NCBI GenBank assembly: GCA_030141605.1 | Contig: JAQGDQ010000932.1 | Span: 1 to 64,000, forward strand | Length of the DNA: 64,000 nucleotides | Source: Tubiluchus corallicola | Lineage: Eukaryota; Animalia; Priapulida | Direction: 5' to 3' | In this document: positions 26,701 through 39,100 of the stretch, piece after piece | Layout: each line of letters starts with the position of its first letter | Numbering within the stretch: position 1 is the stretch's first letter | Position numbers and translations under genes: made by a program | The notes under the pieces: model-generated | What the model saw: only the letters and a program-made list of their open reading frames with translations | What the model was told of the DNA's origin: nothing | Databases searched by the model: none

Positions 26701-29700
26701 AGTCTTACTGGTCATTTTTATCGTATATATTAATTTTGCTGGTATGGGCTTTATATACATATATAAGATTCGAGGCTACAGCTCCGACGGTGGCACCATT
26801 TGCGGCGATCTATACATCAGACGAAAGGTCTCGATCTAGTGTCATGCCATTGGGGGATTTTTTTCGAATCGGGCTCACCGGGACGAACAGCGTGGCCAAA
26901 AACCTCCAAAAATGGCCATTTTTCGGCCGTTTTTTTGCAAAACTTATACCTCTTATTTCTGGAGAACCGGAATGGGCCATGGGTGGTGCTGGCCAAGGAT
27001 AGATAGCCCGTTCAGCGGTGGGTGTAGCAGCAGGCGTATTTAGAATTCACGAAAGGGCCATGGCGTCATGCAACGGGCATTTTCCCGAACCCAACTCGCG
27101 ATTTTTTTCGAGACTTTGCTCACATTGGCTCTAGAAAAAACGTTCTAGCGGCGCCTGGCGGGACTCTCGGAAGAAGATATATAGCTTTTTAGAAAGAGGA
27201 AGAACAGGGCTACACGACGATGTGGGCTACATTTTAGGGCAGGTCCACCTAGAGGAGTGCCGATGAATTAATTAGATGTTCTATTTTTGGCAATTTTCGC
27301 TTGGAAAACTGCTGACGCAAAGCCATTGTTCTGACGTCATCCATTATACGCTGTCTATAATCTTATAACTTTAATTCGGCAAAAGCTGCTGCTGCTGGCA
27401 CTGCGTTATGAGGACTATGTAGGATGTTCGCGTATTATTGATTATAAGTGTATTTATATGCAAAATTTTTGCGGGGGCTTTGCTAGTCTTTATTATTACG
27501 ATGCATTTTTCCGCTCGTCTAGTAAGCTTACTACTACACACATAAAACTTGAAGTGGGATGAATAGCTGAGTGGTCATGTGTATATGCTTCATGACAGCT
27601 TGACTTCAGTACTTGCTGTGGGTGGGTTCATTTGTCATACTGACTCTGCTTTGCCGAGGAACAGTGTGTATGCATCCAGCCTGCTTAAGACTCTTCTGCT
27701 GGTTCAGTGGCTCATCATTGCAATATAGCTTTGATATTGCACAAGGTTCCAGTACTTCCACAACCATTCCATTGAACGATAGACACTGGCTTGCTGTGTG
27801 ATGAGTTGCATAAAAAATGTAATTTGACGAGTGCCATCTAGTTGAATAGTATTATTACAGGTTGTTGTCAACTTCAATTAGGGGTGAGTATTCTCTACCA
27901 CAAAACGAATTCGAACTGAGTTTAAAAAGATTTTTGAACAAGTTTTTGAGCCACCAGTACGAAGATCATGCATATTGCCCGATTTTGCTCCGTCACTAAT
28001 AATTTGCCTGAAAATTGTGCCCAGAAATCGCAACTTAATTGTGCTAATTGCGTGATGTTTCAAACGTTTTGATGATAAAGAACATATGCGGTTAAAGTGC
28101 TGAATAATTCGAATCCATAATTTTAGGTTAGAATCGAATTCGAACGTTCGATGCTCACCCCTGCTTACAACCTACGCAACTTGCGACTGTTTGACTTTGC
28201 GACCTGATCACCACTCAATTAATTACTTATTCGAAACCAACTATAATTCATATTTGCTTCTGTTTTTTCAAACAAATTAAGTTTAAATCTTCGTCTTGCG
28301 TGTAGAGGCACACCACTTGAATATACATTGTGTCCTTTTCTCTTACAATCAAGTCGCTAGAGCCGATTGTGGTTTGAAGTTGACGACTAACGACAATCTA
28401 TATTTCCTTTTTTTGTCAATTGTGTGCTTGCACAGCAAAATCGTCCTTAAGTCATCAATTAAGCTTTTCTAGTTATTCACATATTCTGAATCTCTATTTC
28501 ATGAGGATCATTTTCATACCAAGTTCATCACTCTATGTTATTTCTAAGCTGAGATAATCCATGTTGAAGTTGAGGTGCATGGTAGGCCCTGAAAAACATA
28601 ATCTTGTGGAAATCACTGTTAAAGTCAGCCATTGTTTTTTGTTGCGTCTCTACAAGATACTTAGCAACCGCATGAAAGTGTGGTTGCTGCGGATTTTACA
28701 GGAGCAAATTGAAGTTACTTTGAAATCCAGTAGATGGCTCTTCCTCGCGAAAATCTGGTCTCGTCAAGAGAAAAAACGGAAGGAAAATGGCTGTTTCCAC
28801 GAGCTACAATCGGAGTTAGAAAATACAAGTTTTTTTACAATTGCATTACTAGTTTCTAGACAGAGAAGTGGGTAAAGAGTCATAAAACTAGATTATCAAT
28901 ATAGTTTTATAAAAAAAAATATAAAAAATCGACATTTTACCAAATATTTGGTGCTTTGTACTTTGAAGCATCTTAACTTAGTTTCAACTATGCCGACTTA
29001 TGGACAGTTTTGGTTTGCAAGCACACAATTGGTTTTTTGACTTTCACATCATCCCACTTTTCAATTGTCTATCGTGTGTGTAGTGACTAAATGTTTATGC
29101 TAGTTTATTTTTGGGGGGTCTTTATTACACTGAATCGCATACAACTAAATCGCTGCATTTATTTATTAGGCAACGTTGAGCGATATTACGGGGAATTTAA
29201 GGAAGCTGTCTCTGCAACACGCTGCTCGGGGTAGGGATTTTTCACGTTTAGATGTACTACGACAGAAAGAGTGTGTCAAAACTTCTGATCATTGTTTATT
29301 GGGTGTCTCAAGAATTTTACAGCTAAGTTTTAGCTGATTCAGCAATTTTACAGCTAAATTTTAGCTGATTCAGTAATTTTACTGCTAAATTTTAGCTGAT
29401 TCAGTAATTTTACGGCTAGATTTTAGCTGATTCAGTAATTTTACGTCTAAATTTTAGCAGATTCAGTAATTTTACAGCTAAATTTTAGCTGATTCAGTAA
29501 TTTTACTCCTAAATTTAGGCTGATTCAGTAATTTTACGGCTAAATTTTAGCTGATTCAGTAATTTTACGGCTAAATTTTAGCAGATTCAGTAATTTTACA
29601 GCTAAATTTTAGCTGATTCAGTAATTTTACGGCTAAATTTTAGCTGATTCAGTAATTTTACGGCTAAATTTTAGCAGATTCAGTAATTTTACGGCTAAAT

Positions 29701-32700
29701 TTTAGCTGATTTAGGAATTTTACGGCTAAATTTTAGCTGATTTAGGAATTTTACGGCTAAATTTGAGCAGATTCAGTAATTTTACAGCTAAATTTTAGCA
29801 GATTCAATACTTTTACAGCTAAATTTTAGCTGATTCAGTAATTTTACAGCTAAATTTTAGCTGATTTAGGAATTTTGACACAGATTTTCTTCGATAATGA
29901 TGCTTAGATGCGGATGTCGGTTATCCAGTGCGTGTTGTCTTTCCAAAGACCACATTTCATCCTAGCGGAAAATCAATTTTTTAAAATGAGATTGATTGCT
30001 GGCAAAGAGCCAAGGATTATCAACAATTCATTGATTAAAATCAAATATCTGTTTCTTTTAAAGTGCGTTACTACCGTTTTTTACGCCAATTTGAGCAACC
30101 ACAGACAACACTGATTGGTTAATCGACAAAGTCCATCCCCATCGCCCGTAGTAACCGTAAGTAACCGATTTTCTTTTTTTACTCTTTAGGGAGATAGGAG
30201 GAAGGAGAAACGAAAGATAGATGAAGCTAGACTGACAGCACATGAGACATCTAGTGGCCAGAACGGAAAACTTAAAACAGTAAAATGGAAAAATGACTTT
30301 CGAAAACATAAGAGACGCTTAAAGTCAATAGAAAATAACGACATAGTTAAAAGTGAATTAGATGCTGTGACCTCCAAATGCGTGGACATAGATTTCGATA
30401 GAAACGGTACAAGTAAGAAGAAATGTGACACTATTAGCACAGCACATGAGACATCTAGTGGCCAGGACGGAAAACTTACAACTGCTAAACGAAAAAAAGA
30501 CATTCGAAAACATAAGAGGCGCTTAAAATCAATGGAAAATAAAGACGTAATTAAAAGTGAATTAGATTCTGCGGCTTCTGATGATGTGGATGTAGGTGAT
30601 GATAGAAACAGTGCATGTAAGAACAAAGATAGTAGCATTAGTGAGGTTTTAGCAAGCGAATTACAAGATACAAGTAACTCGGATAGTGAAAGAGAATCAT
30701 TGGAAGAAGGTGAGTGTTCCTCAACTACAGACAGCAGTAGTGACGACAGTGATTGGAATCGTATAGAAACCATCAGCGATGGCGCACTGTCCGAGGAAGA
30801 TACAGAGATGGCAGAAGATGCTGACGGTAAGTTTTTTCTTTTTTTTTGGAAATTTCATAATTGTAGCTAATACATTTTGCAAGTTCTTTCGATAATCTCA
30901 GAAACATTCCACCCACTGTCTTTTCATTACTTGGCTCCACAATTTCAATACGAAATGCTGTTAAAAATCGTTTTTCATAGAGCAGCTTCCCGCTTGAAAT
31001 TGTTTTGAAACTAAAAAAGTTGTTTAGTGCACCTCAGTGAAGCTTTAAGCTGATTCAGTAATTTTGCAGTTAAATTTTAGCTGATTCAGTAATTTTATGG
31101 CTAAATTTTAGCTGATTCAGTAATTTTGTGGCTAAATTTCAGCTGATTCAATAATTTTACGGCTAAATTTTTAGCTGATTCAGTAATTTTATGGCTAAAT
31201 TTTAGCTGATTTAGTAATTTTGCAGCTAAATTTCAGCTGATTCAATAATTTTACAGCTACATTTTTTTTAGCTGATTCAGTAATTTGACTGCTAAATTTG
31301 AGCTGATTCAGTAATTTTATGGCTAAATTATAGCTGATTCAGTGATTTTTGCTGATTCTTACTGAACTGCTTTTCTTCTTACATCTTACTGTTGCCCAAG
31401 CTTAAAGCACTAGAAAACCCTCCACTTACATAAAACTGAAAAAAATTTGTCTTGGAATTTTATACCACTTAAGTGATTACCTTATTGCGTGCAGGACTTG
31501 TGTCGACAAGTAGCGCTGTATAAAACTTGTTAATTTAAACTCCCGGGCTGACCGTTAGATGCAGCCATTTTAACAAGAAGTCATTTGAAATGAGTTTAGA
31601 CAACATTGAAAAAACAATCAGGGCATTCATAACACATGTTGCTAATTAAATAAAATTTTAAATTACTGTGTCTTGTCAATAAGTTTAAAAATAAGTTTTT
31701 AGTTATCGAGTGGCGCGCCCTGGATGGTGAGTCAGCGACATTTTACCAATTGGCACGAACATTTTAAATTGTTATTTGTAGTTACGTAAGTCTTTCTAGC
31801 AGTTAAGCGAAATGCTAAGTAACACAATTTTGCATGGAAAGTTTTTTGGACATAATTTAACATTTTCTTTTCTTTCTCTGATTCACCTTGCGCATATATG
31901 ACATCATGTAATGGCGACTTCAGAACAATATTGCAGGAGATTTAAAATGAAAACATACAAAAATTCCTTTCAACACGAGCACAATATGTGCATAAAATTG
32001 CTGTCAAGTAGTATAATTTTTAAAGCGATTTTTCTGAAATCTATTTTAGGTGCCCCCTTTTCTTGTCCTTTAACTTTTTCAGAGCCCGAAATTTTCTAAA
32101 CTCTATCATTCGAACAGATACAGGAATGTAACATACTTTTTTAGAATTGTCATCGCAATGGCCACCATGCATACGGGTAATTGTCAAAATGGCGGAAACT
32201 GTCCCGCTTGGCACGCTGTTCATCATCACGTGTACCGGAGCAAACATAGGAAGAGAAAAATCCTGTCTAGTCACCATTCCAGAACTTGGCATTAGCAAGG
32301 TGTGCTTCACTTTTAAACATGGCTTTGACTTAATGAGTTACTTTTTCGGGAAGCTAATTATTCCTAAAAGATTGTTTTTGTTCTTAACTCGGAATGTGGC
32401 TTTGTAATATGTAAGTGTAGGCTTATGAAATGTCTGCTTAAGTGTGGAGGTGTCTGCCAGGTTGTGGAGTCGGTTCATTAAATTCCTGACTCTGGCTCCG
32501 ACTCCGACTTTTACTCCGACTCGTAAAATTTTAGGAGCCGCTACTCCCGACTCCAACTCCGGCTCGCGCTAAAGAGATTTCCCATATTTCTCGTGGCAAA
32601 TGCAAAAACAAAGTGAAAGTAGGAATGCAAGTTGCATAGAAAATAAAATTCCAGGAAGAACTTCTATTAAGGTCGCGAAAAGCTGAAAAATTCTGCTTAG

Positions 32701-35700
32701 TTTTGTCGGAAAGTAATAAACGAGGAAAATTCCATCTCTGGTATGCATTAAATTTGCGGAAGAGTCGGAAATCGGGCCAATTCCATTTTTTGTAGCTATT
32801 TCCATTTCAGTTGCATAATACTAACCAAAAATGTCAATTTTCTATCGTATTAGTGATTGTGATAAATTAAGTGGCTTCGCAGCATCAAATTTTTCAAGTT
32901 CACATTGGGTTTCTTGTTGTACAGGTTCATGCTGAGGTCACATTTCATGAAGAATCTGGTCAGTACGTGGTAAAAGACTGTGGTAGCCAAAACGGAACAT
33001 TCCTGAATGACCATAGGCTATCAGAGGTTTGCTTTTGTTTTTACTGTCCAGTGTCCGACAGATTCTTACCTTTTGTTTCCTGTATTCTGTCCTGAAGACT
33101 TTGATTCTTATAGATTTATCTGCCATAGTTACATAAGTGCTTCCAACTTAGCCACTGGGGGGGGGGGGGTAAGCCAGCCCAACTCAGTGCCGGTCCCAAG
33201 CCCGGATAAATAGGGAGGGTTAGGGTCAGGAAGGGCATCCGCCTGTAAAAACTGCGCCAAAACCTTCTATGAATGAGTCGGTGAGACTTAAAGGGAAAGT
33301 CCACAAAGAAGTGGTCAGACCCGCTCTAATCTATGGGCTGGAAGCAGCTTCTCTAAAGAAGACCGAAGAGAAGAAAATGGGTGTGGTGGAGATGAGGATG
33401 TTGAGATGGATGGTGGGAATAACAAGAAGAGATAAAATTAGAAATGATAATATCAGAGGAACAGTAAAAGTAGTGGAAGCCTCGCAAGATTGCGATGGTA
33501 TGGACACCTGAAAAAAAGAGTAGGTGAAGATCATGTGGGAAGGGAAGACATAAATGAAGAGATGGTTAACAACAGGAATGCGTGGAGAAGACTCATTCAC
33601 AACGGCGACCCCGAATAGGGAAAAGCGGGGAAGAAGAAGAAGAAGAAGTTAGATAAGTGCTTCTGTGAGAAGCTTTTATTAACTCCTTCAGGTCCACTCC
33701 ATTCACAATACGTCTTATAAGACCTGATGACTTTTCTACTACTGTATGAGGACAGACATAACTTAATTATTACAAATTAGGTACTGTTCTATTCAGGAGA
33801 ATCTCGGTTGTCCAATGACATTATTTGTTTAAGCGTTTTTAAGTGATTTAATTGGATAAAATTAAGAAAAACACGCCCTTTTCGGGTACTCCATCTTGGC
33901 CTATTGAGTAGATTAGTCTGGTGTACACTTGTGTGATTGTATGCACTATTTTATTGATCACCTGCTTGCTACAGCCCAAGCTGTGCATTGTTCTGCTGCT
34001 ATTCCAGGAAAAAAACAGCCAATCAGCCAAGGACAAATTAAGGTCGTTTCATCTTTCAGCAGAAATTTCTCCTTAAAAATAGATTAGACTTGAGGTCAAA
34101 GTTTATCAGAGTGTTGTGTCTGGATAGTTGAAATTTTCTGCATTAGCCGATTTCACACAAGTGATACTGCGCATTGTTACCGTGCAAACACTGCAGTTAC
34201 TAAAAGATCTTTTCAATTTATTTGTTAAAAATCCATTTTTAATTTCTCAAAGGTAAGCTAATGCATTTCGTACGTAATTTTGCATGAAAGTCCATTGTAT
34301 GAGGAATAGAACCGTACAAAAATTATCAAATATAATTGAATCACGCTTAGTGAGAGCAGTTTTCATGAACTCAAGCAGAATGCATCAAATGTTTATGGTT
34401 TTGAAGGGTTAACAGGGAGATCATTACTATAAGCACTTGCTTAGTTCTGCTGCTCTTCATGTACAATACAAAACGAAAACAGAAAAGGATGGTGTTCCTA
34501 TTTTCATGCTTAACGGCTTATTTTTAAATAGGCTGTAGGTGTTTCCCCATCTGTGGTAAACAATGTTATTCATAAGTGAGATTTAAAACAATAAGATTAA
34601 CAGTCTTGCTACCTTGCAGCAGGGGTGAGCATTCTCTACCCCAGAAAGCGAATTCGAATCGAACCGAATTTGTGACTTTCGAATTCGAATCGAACCGAAC
34701 TTTAGTGTTTCGAATTCGAACCGAATTCGAATAGAGATTGAACGATTTTCAAACCACCAGTAAAAATTAGTCTTACAAAGATCATGCATATCACTAGATT
34801 TTGTTCTGCAACAAAACGACTAGTAATTTGATTAAAGTTGTGCACAGAAATAACAACTAAATTATGTTAATTGCATGATGTTTCATTCGTTTTAATGAGC
34901 AGGAACATATGTGATTGAAGTGCTGAATTATTCGAATCTATAGTTTTGGATTCGAATCGAGTTCGAACTAAAAAAAAACGTTCGATGCTCACTCCTAATT
35001 TGCAGGGCCGGTGCGCAGTAAAAATGTCACAGGATTTTTACCAACTTTTCCATTTGTGTCATTGTTTCCTGTGCCGTTTTTGCCTGTGTCATTTTTACGT
35101 GTGCCACTTTTACCTATTCAAAAATAAGCCGTTAAACATCAAAATAGGAACACCGTCTTTTTCTCTTTTCGTTTTTCTTTTGCACAACCTCATTGTAACC
35201 GCTTCCTGCTTCTTACAGACAAAGACAGTAAGCGAAACACTTCCGCTGACACACGGAGACGTGTTGAGATTAGGAGAGAATGTTGTGTTGCTGCTTCACA
35301 TACATCAGTCTACGGAAACTTGCAACGAATGTGAACCGGGTCAAGTGCAGGCAGAAGTTGCCAAGCAACGAAATCCTGTGAAAGGTAAAAAACTCGAAAG
35401 GATGGAAATGCGGAGTTTTGTCACGCTGTTTTTCCGTCGTGTTCATTGTCTGAATACTTTTATTTCGGAACAAAGTCTTTTACCGAAACGATCGGGGGAG
35501 GGGGGGGGGCGTATCAAAACTTTCTGACGCCCTAGGCTGATACTTATGTTCTGCCCATCTGTATTGTGAATTTGTTGTTGTTTATGTTTTAGCAGATTAA
35601 ACAATTACTTGTGGTGTGTTAGATTACCCTGGTCATTATTAATTACATATTTGCGTAGTGCTGATATTCAAACAGGCTGCGCAACTAGTTATCTACTTTT

Positions 35701-35734
35701 TTGTCTAAATTATACTACTACTAGTACTACTGTG

Positions 35735-35799
<65 letters not shown>

Positions 35800-35849
35800 C
35801 ACTACCACTACTATTACTACTACCACTACTACTACCACTACCACTACTA

Positions 35850-35943
<94 letters not shown>

Positions 35944-36029
35944 CACTACCACTACTATTACTACTACCACTACAATTACTACTACCACTACTACTACCAC
36001 TACTACTGCTACTACCACTACTAGTACTA

Positions 36030-36117
<88 letters not shown>

Positions 36118-36125
36118 CACTACCA

Positions 36126-36198
<73 letters not shown>

Positions 36199-39100
36199 AC
36201 TACTGCTGCTGCTGCTGCTGCCGCCGCCGCCGTTATTATTATTATTATTATTATTATTAAAACTATTATACTTTTGATGAAGATTGATAGTGCACTACTT
36301 TTCATAAAGATGAATGACATCATCGGAAGAAGAACAGGCTTGTTTCATTCATTTCATTAGTAAATTTTCCATTTTTAGACATAGTGGTTTTGTCCACGGC
36401 CGATAAAGATCGTTTACGTAGGTTGCAGCTAAAGCAAATCAAGAAAAGATATGGACTAAAGGCAAGTTCTTTTTTCTTTTTCATTATTTTTTCTTTTTTA
36501 TTATTCCGGATTTTTGCAGGATGTGGTTTTAGTAGCTATTGTTAAACCAATAAGCCTATTAATCTCTTCACTTCCATTCACTTAGTATTGCAGCAGGCGT
36601 GGAGGACATTTTGCAAAAAGGAAAACTTGCCACTGCTACATGCACTTTTACGGATCACAGATTATAGCAACTTTTGCCTCGTCGCCATCAGTTTTACTGT
36701 CACACATCACTGCCACGACCACGACTGTCGACGCCGCCCATATTTTCCACTGCTGCCACCATCAGTTGCTGTCCACTGCCGCTATGGCGAGTACCACCAT
36801 TTTCATCAGCATCTTCGTCACGCTGTTTCAAAAGTAGTTTTTTTTGTGGTACAATTCAAAGCATCTTGCAAAATGTAGGTGTAAGGAAAGGGTGAAATTT
36901 TGAAGGATAATTTGATACTTTAAAGGGGGAGAAGCTCTCAATGTCTGAGGTTCCTGAATTACCGTCCCTTTAGTAACCAAAACTGAAAAAGCTTGAATAA
37001 AAAGAGATACGTATTTATATGCAGACCACTGTACTTACTTTTCTTACCAATCTACGGCCATGTCACGTTGAAAACACCAGTTCTCGTCTGATCACCGAAG
37101 TTAAGCAACGTTGGGCCTGGTTAGTATTTGGATGGGTGACAGCCTAGGAATACCAGGTGCTGTAGGCTTGCGAGATGCCCACACTGCATCTCGACATTAG
37201 GCAGAAGAGCTGCACAAGCAGCCAACGGCTGGAGGGCGGAGGAGGTCAAGTAACCCAACAACCATGTGTAGAGTAAGCCTTTCAAAACAGGAGTGGAGCC
37301 CCGAAGGTGGGCCAGTGCAACATGCTCACTGACTCCGGCAGATCCTGCAGCCAACCTGGTGCCAAACGTATCTCTCCGCTTTCCTTTGGACTACACCAGG
37401 GAGGAAGAGAGGGGGTTCCTGTTGTCTGGGCAACTCAAGATCTCCATACACCTTGTCCAGGCATGCGCCCTGGAGAGGCCACTCCAGTGGTTCAAGGATC
37501 GGATTGTTCAGCCACAGTCGATGCTGCAGCTCCGTTAGTGTGATCAATAACTGACTCTCTTGGCGCACGCTTCATTGTCTTTCTTCCGAGACAGAAGGAT
37601 GCCAACAACCATACTTACTTGCGTTTTAAATTGCTAGAAAAGGAGAAACAGTTAATTGCAATACTAACATATATATTTTGCAATATTTACATACACGAAC
37701 ACCATCAATAACAGTGTAACAAACAAACAATATTAATTGACGTGAGCCTAAACATTTATGAAAACTAATCTTAGATACGTCATCTAACTAGGGTAATGTT
37801 CTGCGTTCTCTAACACACAGTATCTACACATTATGAGCGATTTAGTTTGGCAGAAGGCTGTTATAACATACGTTAAATATCTAAAAAATAGGTTAGGTAC
37901 AAGTTTAAGATCACGTATGTCATGGAAGGTCAAAATTACATATGAATGTGGCTTCAACAACATTATGACACTTGCAACAGTCCACGACAATAGGATGAAG
38001 AGCAAGTCACAACACAGCACACTGCAGTGCACATTCAATAATAACAGCAATCTTTTCAAGTTTTGCCAACGTTTGGCTAGAGGGATTTTGCGGCTTATGT
38101 ATTAACTTTTTGGCCGATAGAGGACAGCACCACTGTAGTAGGCTGACTCATGGTGTATGCAGGGTATCATTGTTACTTGCGCATGTTTCTGTTAATTTGC
38201 ACATGAAGTATGATGGCACAGTCTTGTCATTTAGGCAGTGAAATGGTACAAGAGAAAATTTCATATTTGATTCCAGTTTTCTTATGAAATTCACATTGGT
38301 GTTAAACATATTTGCCAGCGACTTTACTCTAAAGACGGTGTCGTTTTTCATTAGTTATATTTAAATATGTTATTTGCACTTGGATTTTTTAAGCAGAAAC
38401 GGGGGCGTATCGAGACTTTGCGATGCCCCAGGCTAATCAAACAATTACTTGTGGCGTATTAGAAATACTATTAACCTAATTTCTACATGGTCATTATTAA
38501 TTGCATGCATTTGGATAGTGCTTATATCCAAGCAGCCTATGCAATACTTTGAGTAATACTTTCCACCTGTTCCTTATGTGGCACTTATATAACAGCTTCT
38601 CTCAGTAAGTGCCTGTGGTGCGTTATAAATACGTCCTTTACATGAATATAAAAGTATACGCATTTTCCGAGGAGAATAAGAATTTTTGCTAAATGTGCCG
38701 CCCTGAAATTTTTGCGCCCTAGGCTATAGCGTATTGGTTAATATGCCTCTAAGCGGAAATGGAAAACATTTCTGATTAAAAACAATTTCTATGTAATCAG
38801 GATGCTGCGTATGTTGACGACACACCAGCTATTTCCAAGTTGGGCTACAAGGACAAAGCAGAGGAAAGACGCAAAGAAAAGGGAAGCGATAACCCGCATA
38901 AGATAGACGAGGCCCCCTCTTCCATTGATAGGTATGTTTTGGTTGAAACTTACTTGTTTAGCTAGTGAAATTAGTTCATCACAGCGATCTTCATCATCAT
39001 CATCTCCGGAGTCAGTTTGATGAAGATTGCTGTGAAGTAATTTCACGTCCTCTGACACGACCTTTGCTATCACTTCAGACCACATTGTCCAGTCACCCAT

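Noticed and set aside
29170-29230. Possible extra AGGF1 exon (ATLSDITGNLRKLSLQHAAR)
   Set aside because: The obvious donor gives phase 1 but exon 30190 needs phase 0, and 26680 joins 30190 in frame without it.
37050-37169. Functional 5S rRNA gene
   Set aside because: It has several substitutions and no oligo-T terminator, and it is joined to a body shared with a TSD-flanked copy. It is a SINE head.
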